Assembly (NCBI GenBank): GCA_047601445.1
Contig: JASGJH010000001.1
Span: forward strand, 7,936,001 to 8,000,000
Length of the DNA: 64,000 bases
Reading direction: 5' to 3'
Source: Myxococcales bacterium
Lineage (GTDB): Bacteria; Myxococcota_A; Polyangia; Polyangiales; DASUME01
Positions 50,895 through 59,646 of the stretch are shown here, in pieces; position 1 is the first letter of the stretch; each line of letters opens with the position of its first letter. The translations under genes and the position numbers were made by a program. The notes below the pieces were generated by a model. It did not search any database. It was not told the DNA's origin and saw only the letters and a list, made by a program, of their open reading frames with translations.

Positions 50895-52001
50895 TCACGG
50901 GGCGCTGCGCGAGCCAGTGCGCGCTTCCGGGCGGCTCACGCCGTCGGGGAAGCCCGTCACCACGCGATGCAGTAACTCGGCCAGGGAGGAGAACTCGGGC
51001 AACCGCGCGAGCGCGCGGCCCACGTAGCGCAGACTCGGGGCGAACCAGGGCAAAAAGCTCGGGTTTCCACGGACTTGATCGATGAACACGAAGCGCCCGG
51101 CGTCCTTGAGCTTGCGCTGCACGGCTACCAGCCAGAAGGCCCGCTCCAAATCCGCCACGGACTCCCCGCGCAAACCCGCCGCATAGGCGACCAGCTCGCG
51201 CTGCTCCGCCTCGCTGAGGTCCACGTACGAGTCGCACAGGAGCGCCACCAGGTCGTACACGGCGGGCCCCATCAGGGCGTCCTGGAAGTCGATTACCACC
51301 AGACCTGGCTTGGCCTTGCGCCGCGACGCCCACATGAGATTTCGGGACTGGAAGTCGCGATGCACGAACCCTTGCGGTAGGCCGAGGATGGCCTCCACCA
51401 ACGTGTCCGCCGAGCCCGCGAAGAGCTCCCGATCTCCGGTCGAGAGCGCCAGCCCCTGGGCATCGAGACCCCATTCCAGGAAGTGCTCGAGCTCCCAGCG
51501 CAACAGCGTGCGATCGAAGCTGCGCCCGTAGGCGATGCACTCCGCGTTCTTGGCGGCGGCCTGCCGGTGCATTTGCACCATCAGCTCGATGGCGTGCCGG
51601 TAGTGCGTGAGCCACTGCTCGCGGCCCGAGCCCAGCAAGCGCGCCTCGAAGGTCTCGTCGCCGAGATCCTCCAGCAGCACCACTCCGCGCTCCAGATCGC
51701 TTACCAGCACCTCCGGTACCGCGATGCCGAGCGCGCGCAGGTGACGCTGCACGTTGAGGAACGGGAGCTCGGTGGGTTTGGCCGCACCGCTCAGTTCGTC
51801 GCTCTTGAGCGCGTCGGCCGGCAGGCGCATCACGATCAGGGAGGGCGGCGCCGCGGTGGCACTCGTCACGCGATAGTAGCTACGCGTGGAGGCGTCACCC
51901 TTCAGCTTGAGTACGTCGAGATCACGCGGAACCTCGCCCCACACGGCGTGAAGCGAGGGTTCCAGATCCATGCCGTCGAATTGTCCCGTGGACGCGGGCA
52001 T
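50895..52001 (-). CDS. Aminoglycoside phosphotransferase family, AmgK-like MurNAc/GlcNAc kinase
   Basis: GDASTRSYYR, LEDLGD, HRDFQSRNLM, IDFQDA, YDLVALL, QRKLKDAGRF. Confidence 0.85.
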   Translation of the reverse strand: MPASTGQFDGMDLEPSLHAVWGEVPRDLDVLKLKGDASTRSYYRVTSATAAPPSLIVMRLPADALKSDELSGAAKPTELPFLNVQRHLRALGIAVPEVLVSDLERGVVLLEDLGDETFEARLLGSGREQWLTHYRHAIELMVQMHRQAAAKNAECIAYGRSFDRTLLRWELEHFLEWGLDAQGLALSTGDRELFAGSADTLVEAILGLPQGFVHRDFQSRNLMWASRRKAKPGLVVIDFQDALMGPAVYDLVALLCDSYVDLSEAEQRELVAYAAGLRGESVADLERAFWLVAVQRKLKDAGRFVFIDQVRGNPSFLPWFAPSLRYVGRALARLPEFSSLAELLHRVVTGFPDGVSRPEARTGSRSAP

Positions 52002-53011
52002 CAGCGCTCGTCGTATCCGCGGTCGTCGTCGCGGTCGCGGGCGTCGGGCTCGTCCCGGCCACGACTCCAGTCGTCTGCCACTGGGCGCTCGCGGCTGCGG
52101 TCGTCGGTGCTGCTGCGCTCACGGCCGCGGTCGTCCGCGCTGCCACGGCTGCGGTCATCGGCGCTGCTGCGCTGCTCCCGACGATTGTCGAAGGAGCGCT
52201 CGCGGCTGGGTCCGCGGTCGTCGGTGCGCTCGCGGCTGGGTCCGCGGTCGTCGGTACGCTCACGGCTGGGTCCGCGGTCGTCGGTACGCTCGCGACTGGG
52301 TCCGCGGTCGTCCGTGCGTTCACGCGGACGATCGTCGCTCGGCCCGCGTCGCTCGTCGCTGCGCTCGCGGCTAGGTCCACGGCGCTCGCCACGACCGCCA
52401 CCGCCACCGCCACCGCTACGCGGACGGTCGTCCCGGCTGCGCTCGCTGCTGCGCTCGGTGCGTTCGCTGCCGCGCTCGCCACGCACGGGGATGATCTGCA
52501 GACGCCGTTCGGCGCCCTCGCCCTCGGAGCGCGTGCTCACGCCCGGGAACTTGGCCAGCGATACGTGGATGACGCGCCGATCGCGCGCCGACATGGGCTC
52601 CAGGGTCACCGCGCGTCCAGAGGACACGGCGCGCTTGGCCTCACGCTTGGCCATCGACACCAGGCTGTTGTCGTGACGTTCACGGTAGTCACCCGAGTCG
52701 AGCACGATGTGACGGCGCTCGTCCGGGTCGCGATTGACGATCTTGTTCACGAGGAACTGCAGCGCCTCGAGGGTCATGCCCTTCTTGCCGATGGCACGCC
52801 CTGCGTCCGGCCCCTCGATGTCGACCACCACGCGCTCGTCGTCCTCCTCGCGCACGCGAGCGGAGGCTTCGAGATCCATGCGATCGAGGATGCCCTGGGT
52901 CACTCGGCGGGCGTCATCGGCCTTGCCGTCATCCACGTTGCGGGAGCGTCTCTTCTCGCGATCGTCACCACGACCCTGACGATCCTCATCGACGAACAGC
53001 GCCCCATCCAT
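52001..53011 (-). CDS. jag: Jag/KhpB (EloR) KH-R3H RNA-binding protein with mixed-charge repeat tail
   Basis: IGKKGMTLEALQ (KH), RRVIH (R3H), SEGEG; directly after yidC; start uncertain. Confidence 0.9.
   Translation of the reverse strand: MDGALFVDEDRQGRGDDREKRRSRNVDDGKADDARRVTQGILDRMDLEASARVREEDDERVVVDIEGPDAGRAIGKKGMTLEALQFLVNKIVNRDPDERRHIVLDSGDYRERHDNSLVSMAKREAKRAVSSGRAVTLEPMSARDRRVIHVSLAKFPGVSTRSEGEGAERRLQIIPVRGERGSERTERSSERSRDDRPRSGGGGGGGRGERRGPSRERSDERRGPSDDRPRERTDDRGPSRERTDDRGPSRERTDDRGPSRERTDDRGPSRERSFDNRREQRSSADDRSRGSADDRGRERSSTDDRSRERPVADDWSRGRDEPDARDRDDDRGYDER
52197..52324 (-). repeat. 30-bp coding tandem repeat x4 (RERTDDRGPS)
   Basis: Unit CGCTCGCGGCTGGGTCCGCGGTCGTCGGT(G/A) with synonymous variation between copies. 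Confidence 0.9.
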
Positions 53012-53018
53012 GTTGTGT

Positions 53019-54729
53019 CTACGCTCGTCCACGTCCGGTCCTCCGAGGGGACGCCGCATTGTCTGGGGCGCCCGATGGCGAGTTCGAAAGGCCACTTTCG
53101 CCGCCCCCTGTGGGCGGGTGACTGTTGGCGATCCGATACTCGATAAACTTTTGTTGCCCGATGCTGAGCACCGAGTTGGTGAACATGTAAAGGCAAAGAC
53201 CCGCGGGCAAAAAGAGCATGAAGCTCGTGATCATCGCGGGCATCACGTAGAGCATCATCTTGGCCTGCGCGGCGTCCATGGTGCTCGGCGTGATCTTCTG
53301 CTGAACCCACATCAAGAGCCCGAGTGCCAACGGCAGCACGTAAAAGGGATCGGGCGCGGTAAGGTCTTGCCAGAAGCCGAAGAAGGGGCGTCGGAACAGC
53401 TCCACGTTAGTGGAAAGCGACATGTACAGGGCCCACCAGATGGGCAGCTGCAAGAGCTGCGGCAAGCAACCCCCGAACGGGTTGATCTTGTGCTTCTTGT
53501 AGAGCTCCATCATCGCCACGCCCTTCTTCTCGCGGTCGTCCTTGTACCGCTCGTTGAGGGCGTCGATCTCCGGGCTTGAGGCGGCGCATGGCCGCGATGG
53601 ACTGGAAGCTCTTGGCCGTGAGCGGGTAGAGCACCAGCTTCACGAAAAAGGTCAGAAGGATGATGGCGACGCCCCAGTTGGGCACCCACTGGTGGATGAA
53701 CGCCAGCATGGCCAGGAGGCCGTTGGCGATGGAGTCCACGCCCGGCAGGCCGCCCACGAAGGAGGCGCGCCGCAGGCTGTGGCCGGCTGCGGCCAAGGTC
53801 TCGGGGAGCTTGGGGCCCACGTAGGCGAGGGTCCGGAACAGGTTCTGCGAGTTGGGCAGCGCCTTGACCGTGGGGTAGCGCAAGGAGACCGTGAGCAAGG
53901 AGCCCTCCGGTTCGTCCTCGGAGCCACCGCGGTCGGAGCCCGACAGCGCACAGCGATTGAAGGTCTTGGCGTTCCCCGCGTAGGCCTGCGTGAAGTAGAT
54001 GGTGTCGACGGACCCGAAGTTCACCGCGCCCTCGAGCACGGGCTTGTCTTCGACCACGTCCGCGCGCTCGAAGCGCTTGGGCGTGTCGTCTTCCACGCAG
54101 AGACCACTGGCCGTCAGCGGCGAGCGTCCGGCCATGAAGCCGCCCTTCTCGTCCTGGCGTCGCACGTAGTGGTAGCCCTCGATGGAGACCTCGAGTGGGC
54201 GCTCGGTCTTGCCGCGGTTGATCACGTTGAGCGTCGACCACAGCTGGAACGGACCCTGACCGACCTCGATCTTGCGGACGATGAGCAGGTCGCCGGCCAC
54301 ATAGGTGAAGCGGGCGGCCTGGGGGCTCAGCTGCTCCACGCTCCACACGGCGTTCGGGGGCAGGTTGACTCCTGCGATGACGACGCGGAACGGGAGATAG
54401 GCAGGGCGATCGGTGGTGACGAGATCGATGGGCTTGCCGTTGGCCGCCGTGAAGCGCTTTTCACGCAGGCGGAAGTGCTCGATGGCGCCGCCGTTGTTCG
54501 AGAGCACCGCCTCGAAGTCCGGGCTCTCGAGCCTGACGTGCCGCATATCGCCGATGTCGAACGAGAGCTGGGGGGGCGCAGGCGTGGAACGTTCACGGTC
54601 CGCCTGGGGGCTCTCCTTCGCGGCCGGGCTCGTGCTCGCAGGTTCCCGGCTCAAGGCGAAGGCCGACGCGGCGAACGCACTCAAGAGGAGGACGCAGGTG
54701 AAGAAGAGGCGCGGTCTCTGAGTTGGCAT
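53019..54729 (-). CDS. yidC: Membrane protein insertase YidC; +1 frameshift near 53572
   Basis: YVGPK, NWGVAIILLTFFVKLVLYPL, MELYKKHKINPFGGCLP, W.DL..PDP.Y.LP; removing one base gives 569 aa. Confidence 0.93.
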
Positions 54730-55004
54730 CACGACTCCGAACGAGGTCTGCCCGGGGACCAAGCGTGGGCTTCAGCGGGCGACACGAACTTGGGGGGCGG
54801 GGGGTCGAATCCCCCTGGGTGAAACGGGTGGCAGCGGGCGATTCGCTTGGCGCCCAACCATGAACCACGGGCCGCGCCGTGCATTTCAATGCACTGGGCG
54901 GTGTAGCGTGAACAGCTCGGCTCGAAGCGGCAGCCGCGTCCAAGCAGCGGCGACAGCAGCAGCTGGTAGATGCGGATCACGGCGAGCAAGAGGCGGGCGA
55001 TCAT
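54729..55004 (-). CDS. yidD: Membrane protein insertion efficiency factor
   Basis: CRFEPSCSRY, RIARCHPF..GGFDP. Confidence 0.95.
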   Translation of the reverse strand: MIARLLLAVIRIYQLLLSPLLGRGCRFEPSCSRYTAQCIEMHGAARGSWLGAKRIARCHPFHPGGFDPPPPKFVSPAEAHAWSPGRPRSES

Positions 55005-55393
55005 CGGGTACCGCCTCTCTTACCGCGCAGCACGCGCGCAGCATCGTCGAACTCTCGGACGACATCGGCCAGGCACGACACCGAGCAACCGTTCTTGGCG
55101 ATCACCACCAAGTCGGCCTGCTCCGGGAAGAGCTCGCGGTGCTGCCGGAACGTCTCCCTGATCAAGCGCTTGATGCGGTTGCGTCGCACGGCCTTGCCGA
55201 CCTGGCGGGCCACCGTGATCCCGAGACGCGCGCGCGGCACGCTAGCGGGCCCCACGAGCACGAGAAAGCTCCTGGTGTGGACGCGCCGCGCCCGGTCCCG
55301 AACAAGGCGGAACTCGAACCGCTTGCGCAAACGGTCGCTAGCCGGAAAACGCTGCGAACGCTCGGCAGCGGGGCCCAAGGCACCCGAAGCCAA
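55001..55393 (-). CDS. rnpA: RNase P protein component
   Basis: RLRKRFEF, RLGITV, GKAVRRNRIKRLIRE; start codon (TTG) uncertain. Confidence 0.93.
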   Translation of the reverse strand: MASGALGPAAERSQRFPASDRLRKRFEFRLVRDRARRVHTRSFLVLVGPASVPRARLGITVARQVGKAVRRNRIKRLIRETFRQHRELFPEQADLVVIAKNGCSVSCLADVVREFDDAARVLRGKRGGTR

Positions 55394-55404
55394 GGGGAGC
55401 CCGC

Positions 55405-55554
55405 TTACTTCTTGTAGACCGAGACGCCCAGGCGCTGACGCCCCTTGCGGCGGCGGTTGTTGATCACCTTGCGGCCGTTGGCGGTCTTCATACGGGCGCG
55501 GAAGCCGTGGGTACGAATGCGACGGGTGCGGTGCGGTTGATAAGTGCGCTTCAC
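55405..55554 (-). CDS. rpmH: 50S ribosomal protein L34 (absent from the ORF track)
   Basis: Manual translation [49 protein letters not shown] from GTG; GGAGG RBS. Confidence 0.97.
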   Translation of the reverse strand: MKRTYQPHRTRRIRTHGFRARMKTANGRKVINNRRRKGRQRLGVSVYKK

Positions 55555-55758
55555 GGGGATCCTCCAGCAGACGCTCCCAGGCGGGCTGCGCTCTGCGAGT
55601 GCTCAACCCGAGGCCCAGGGGCGCTCGAGTGAAACTTGTGGCCCGAGCAGAGCCGCTGGCTCCAGCTAGGGCGCGGGAAGGTTGCATGGGCATACCCAGC
55701 TGTCAAGAACGGCCTGGACGTTAGAAACGCCACGGTTTGGTGAGCCGTTTGTCGGGCC

Positions 55759-56439
55759 TCATGGCTTTCGATAGAGACCTGAATCCAAGCAACTAAAGTA
55801 CCCCTCCTGGCTGACGATGACATGGTCGAGCAGGAAAATTCCCAGCAGCTCTCCCACCTGAGCCAAACGCTGTGTGAATCCAAGGTCTTCGCTGCTCGGC
55901 TCGCAGCTGCCCGAGGGATGGTTGTGGACCAGGATGACGGCGCTCGCGGCCTCCCGCACCAGGGGCCGGAACACGTCTGCCGGTTGCAGGGCGCAGCCGC
56001 TCACACCGCCACGCGCCAGGAGGACGCGTGAGAGCACCCGCTGGCGGGCGTCGAGGGCCACCGCCCAGAGCTCCTCGTGACGAAGTTGTCCGAGCAGGGG
56101 GCCAAAGCTGCGGAACACATCCTCGCTGGAGGCGAGCCGAACACCGCGCACCAGGGGCAGGGCGCTGATGCGGCGGCCGAGCTCCATGGCTGCGACGATG
56201 CGCGCCGCCTTGCTGGCGCCGACGCCGCTCAAGGATGCGAGCTCCGTCCCGCCGGCCCGCGCCAGCCCCCGCAAGCCACCCGCCCTCAACAGCAGTTTCT
56301 CCGCCAGGGCGGGCACGGGTTCGTCCCGTGTCCCCGTGCCCAGCAGAATGGCGATCAGCTCTCCGTCGCTCAGGCTCTCGGCCCCGGCGGCGCGCAGTTT
56401 CTCCCGCGGCCCATCGGCCCAGCGTGTTGGCGTGTCCAT
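55759..56439 (-). CDS. radC: RadC (HhH plus JAB/MPN domain)
   Basis: PREKL, LSDGELIAILLGTG, HNHPSG..PSSED, LLDHVIV. Confidence 0.95.
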   Translation of the reverse strand: MDTPTRWADGPREKLRAAGAESLSDGELIAILLGTGTRDEPVPALAEKLLLRAGGLRGLARAGGTELASLSGVGASKAARIVAAMELGRRISALPLVRGVRLASSEDVFRSFGPLLGQLRHEELWAVALDARQRVLSRVLLARGGVSGCALQPADVFRPLVREAASAVILVHNHPSGSCEPSSEDLGFTQRLAQVGELLGIFLLDHVIVSQEGYFSCLDSGLYRKP

Positions 56440-56637
56440 CGGGATCGGCCAATGCGCGCTCCATTCCAGTTTGCCGACATGCGATTACGCCGGGTTAGCT
56501 AGCCGACATGGCGGGTTTTCGTCGTGCCTTCGCGGGCTCGCGCCGCGGCGGGTGCCCAAACGGGGTGAGTGGGGTCGAGAAGCTTTCCCCCCTTGCTTGC
56601 TTCCCCGGGTCCGGTTCGATAAATTCCGGTTTCTTCC

Positions 56638-57501
56638 ATGCACTTCGTGTCGCGTCGCCTGCTCCTCCCCGCCCTCTGCGCCTTCGTAGGCGCATGCACG
56701 GACACGCGCGGAGAAGACGCGGGCGCTGTGATCGACTCGCGCGAGGGCTCGTTGGCCCTGCTCCAGCTCGAGCGCTTCACCGATTCCGAAGTCCCTCTGC
56801 CGCGCCTCGTGGCAGGCGCCAAGATTGCGCGTTACCGCGCCATCGATGGCGATGCGCTGCTGCGTTTGCTCGGTGCTGACGCGCGTGATCTCGACACGTG
56901 CAGCGCTTCGGGTGGACTGGGCGAGCTGGATCTCGGCGCTGAAGCTCAGGTCGAGCTGCTCTCTGTCGGCGATATCACGCTGCGCGGCGGCGGCGCCCAG
57001 AGCACGCTCTCTCCCAGACTCTTTCCGGCCTTGGCCACCACGGCGTCGGGCTGGTTTTACGCAGGCGAGGCTGAAGCCACTCTGCCGCGCGCCGAACTCG
57101 ACGAATACGTGCTTTCGGCGCCGGGCGAGTCCGGCACCGGCGCGTTCGAGGTCGCGGTCGCTGCTCCGGGACCCGTGCTCGGGTTGTCGCTCGCCGGCCT
57201 CGCACTCGAACAGACGGCGTCCTTGGACCGCGCTGCGGGGGTCGAGCTCACCTGGGACGCCGAAGATGCAGGCGACCGCATCGAGCTCGAGCTCTACACG
57301 GGCGGCAGCCTGCTCGCCTGCACGGTGCGCGACGACGGACACTTCGCGCTCACGCAAGCTCAGTTGAGCGCTCTCGAGACCGACGAGAACGCGTCGTTGG
57401 TGGTGCGCCGCGTGCGGGTCGCCCCCGTCGACATGCACGGCATCACGTCTGCCTATGCCCGCGTGGCGAGCAGCCGCACCCTGGCGCTGCAAGTTCGCTG
57501 A
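56638..57501 (+). CDS. Hypothetical lipoprotein
   Basis: Lipobox FVGAC; C-terminal CTVRDDGHF motif. Confidence 0.75.
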   Translation: MHFVSRRLLLPALCAFVGACTDTRGEDAGAVIDSREGSLALLQLERFTDSEVPLPRLVAGAKIARYRAIDGDALLRLLGADARDLDTCSASGGLGELDLGAEAQVELLSVGDITLRGGGAQSTLSPRLFPALATTASGWFYAGEAEATLPRAELDEYVLSAPGESGTGAFEVAVAAPGPVLGLSLAGLALEQTASLDRAAGVELTWDAEDAGDRIELELYTGGSLLACTVRDDGHFALTQAQLSALETDENASLVVRRVRVAPVDMHGITSAYARVASSRTLALQVR

Positions 57502-57505
57502 AGCC

Positions 57506-57830
57506 GGGAGGGCGCGTGCCCTCTTTCGAGAAGAGGTCGTGGACACCGTGAGCGAAGCGAACCTCGCGGTGGGGTGGGTCCCGTCGCGGCTTTGCCGCGA
57601 TGGGCGGGGAGGGCGCGTGCCCTCTTTCGAGAAGAGGTCGTGGACACCGTGAGCGAAGCGAACCTCGCGGTGGGGTGGGTCCCGTCGCGGCTTTGCCGCG
57701 ATGGGCGGGGAGGGCGCGTGCCCTCTTTCGAGAAGAGGTCGTGGACACCGTGAGCGAAGCGAACCTCGCGGTGGGGTGGGTCCCGTCGCGGCTTTGCCGC
57801 GATGGGCGGGGAGGGCGCGTGCCCTCCCCG
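57506..57830 (+). repeat. Tandem array of repeat family A: three identical 101-bp units plus terminal hairpin
   Basis: GGGAGGGCGCGTGCCCTC recurs at 57506, 57607, 57708 and 57809 with identical intervening sequence. Confidence 0.97.
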
Positions 57831-57835
57831 ATTAA

Positions 57836-59374
57836 CTAGTCCCCCTTGGTGTTGCCGAAGAGCTTGGACAGTAGCTTGCCCGTGTTCTGTTGCGGAGGCT
57901 TGGAGTCCTTGCGCATCTCGGCCAGGCGTACCTCGCGTGCTGCTTCGACGTTGCGCGGATTGATCTCGACCGCTTTCTGGAAGTGCTTGGTGGCTTCTTC
58001 GCCGCGGTTCACGCGCTTGAGCACCACGCCCTTGTAGTAGTGCGCTCGCTCGTTCTTCGGGTGCGCGCTCAGCGCACGGTCGAAGGCGCGCAACATCTCG
58101 TCGAAGGGGCCGCTCTCGCCTGGGTTCATCAGGTGCAATACCCAGCCGTAGAGCGCGTTGCAGTCGGCTTCGTCCGGGTTCTTCGCCATGGCGCTGCGGA
58201 TCAAGGTGAGCGCCTGGGCGTAATCTCGGCGCTTGATCAGCACCTCGGCCTTTTGGAACTCGACGGCCGACTCGAGCACGTTGCGCATCAGGCGCTCGGC
58301 GCTGCGGGTGCCGCCACCGCCTTCGACGGCCTTCATGTAGTCAGCGCGCGTGGTCGGGTTGCCGAGGGTCTCGTTGGCTTCGGTGATGCGGTCGAAGACC
58401 AGCTGGGCACACGACGCCAGCGGAGCCAGCGCGGGGGGGAGCCGGTCCGGGTGGAACTTCTTCACGAGCGCGAAGTAGGCCGTGCCGACTTCCGGGGCCG
58501 GGGTGCTGAGCGGAAGTCCCAGCAGGTCGAAGTGGTTCACGTCGTCGAGGCGCTTGTAGAGCGCGACCAGTTCGTTCCAGCGCGCGAGATCGGTCGCGCT
58601 CAGACCGGGTGGCACCGGCGGCGTGGGGGGCAGGTTGGACGCGCCCGCCGCCGCGGGTGCCACCGGCGCGTGGCTACCTGGCGTGGGGGTGGCGGCTCGT
58701 GCTGGCGGCTGCGACGTGCCGACCGTGACCCGCGGAACGAAACCCGAGTTGGAACGACCGGCCACCGTGGCGCGCGGCAGCTCGCCCTCTTCGGAGACCT
58801 CGATGCCGCGCACGAGCCCGAGCAGATAGAGCACGCGTTTGGCGGCCAGGCTCGGCAGCTCGCTGCCAGAAAGCAGCTCCTCCACCGTGCTCGGACCTGC
58901 GCGCAGGCTGTCCACCAGGGCCAGCTCCTTGGCCTCGAACTCGAGCCTCTCGAGGGGAACCCCTGGCCTCATGCGGAGCACGCGTCCCCCAAAGCGCGCC
59001 AGCGTTGCGTCCATCACGTCTTCCCGGGGCGCCTGACGTAGGCCCCTGGAGAGCAGCGCATACAGGTCCACCGGTTCGCTGAGCACGCCGGCCCCCGAGC
59101 CCAGCAGGTTCTGCTGTTCGTAGAAGGCGTAGGCACCGTCGCGGCGCTGGAACAGGCGGAGCAAGGCTTCGAGGGCGTTCGGGGCCGGACGCAGGGGGCG
59201 GATGGAGGTTACCAGGCCATCCTCGAAAAAGAGCCGGTCTTGGCCCGCCTGCTCCTGATCGCTGTCAGGCCAGATCGCGAGCGTTCCCGTGAGCTTTTGG
59301 CCCGCGGTGTAGACGAGGAGGTGGGGCAAGGGGGTCTTGGTCAAAGACCCCTGGGCAGACGGCTTCAGCGTCAT
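57836..59374 (-). CDS. J-domain (DnaJ-type) plus TPR protein with DUF4388-like N-terminus
   Basis: NHFDLLGL..AYFALVKKFHPDR..ANETL; C-terminal TPRs. Confidence 0.85.
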   Translation of the reverse strand: MTLKPSAQGSLTKTPLPHLLVYTAGQKLTGTLAIWPDSDQEQAGQDRLFFEDGLVTSIRPLRPAPNALEALLRLFQRRDGAYAFYEQQNLLGSGAGVLSEPVDLYALLSRGLRQAPREDVMDATLARFGGRVLRMRPGVPLERLEFEAKELALVDSLRAGPSTVEELLSGSELPSLAAKRVLYLLGLVRGIEVSEEGELPRATVAGRSNSGFVPRVTVGTSQPPARAATPTPGSHAPVAPAAAGASNLPPTPPVPPGLSATDLARWNELVALYKRLDDVNHFDLLGLPLSTPAPEVGTAYFALVKKFHPDRLPPALAPLASCAQLVFDRITEANETLGNPTTRADYMKAVEGGGGTRSAERLMRNVLESAVEFQKAEVLIKRRDYAQALTLIRSAMAKNPDEADCNALYGWVLHLMNPGESGPFDEMLRAFDRALSAHPKNERAHYYKGVVLKRVNRGEEATKHFQKAVEINPRNVEAAREVRLAEMRKDSKPPQQNTGKLLSKLFGNTKGD

Positions 59375-59646
59375 CGAGCCGATACTTCCTTCATGTTTCC
59401 CGGCCTGGCTGCGGCAGCGATTGGCTAGTTTCTCACACCGTGACACGGGTCCGGAAGTCCGTCCTGGCCCACCTGGACACTCGCGTTCCTTCCCCCCGGG
59501 GTGCCGGCCACCCGAAGCTCACCTGGACCGGACCGAGCCTCGATTTTCCGCTTTTGTGATTCCGCCAAAAGTTTGCTCTAGTGGCGCCTCACCGCCTGTG
59601 GGCCTCCCCACGTGGGAGGTGCGGGCGGCTTCTCAGAGGAGTTCGG

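Noticed and set aside
53019..54729. yidC as a true pseudogene or programmed frameshift
   Set aside because: Normally essential gene, a single indel with no other decay, no obvious slippery heptamer, and two similar indels nearby; sequencing error is more likely.
55759..56439. radC as a marker of a mobile or defence island
   Set aside because: Full-length chromosomal-type RadC beside rpmH, with no integrase, att site or compositional shift seen.
57506..57830. CRISPR array
   Set aside because: Units are fully identical with no variable spacers, the period is 101 bp, and there are no cas genes in the window.
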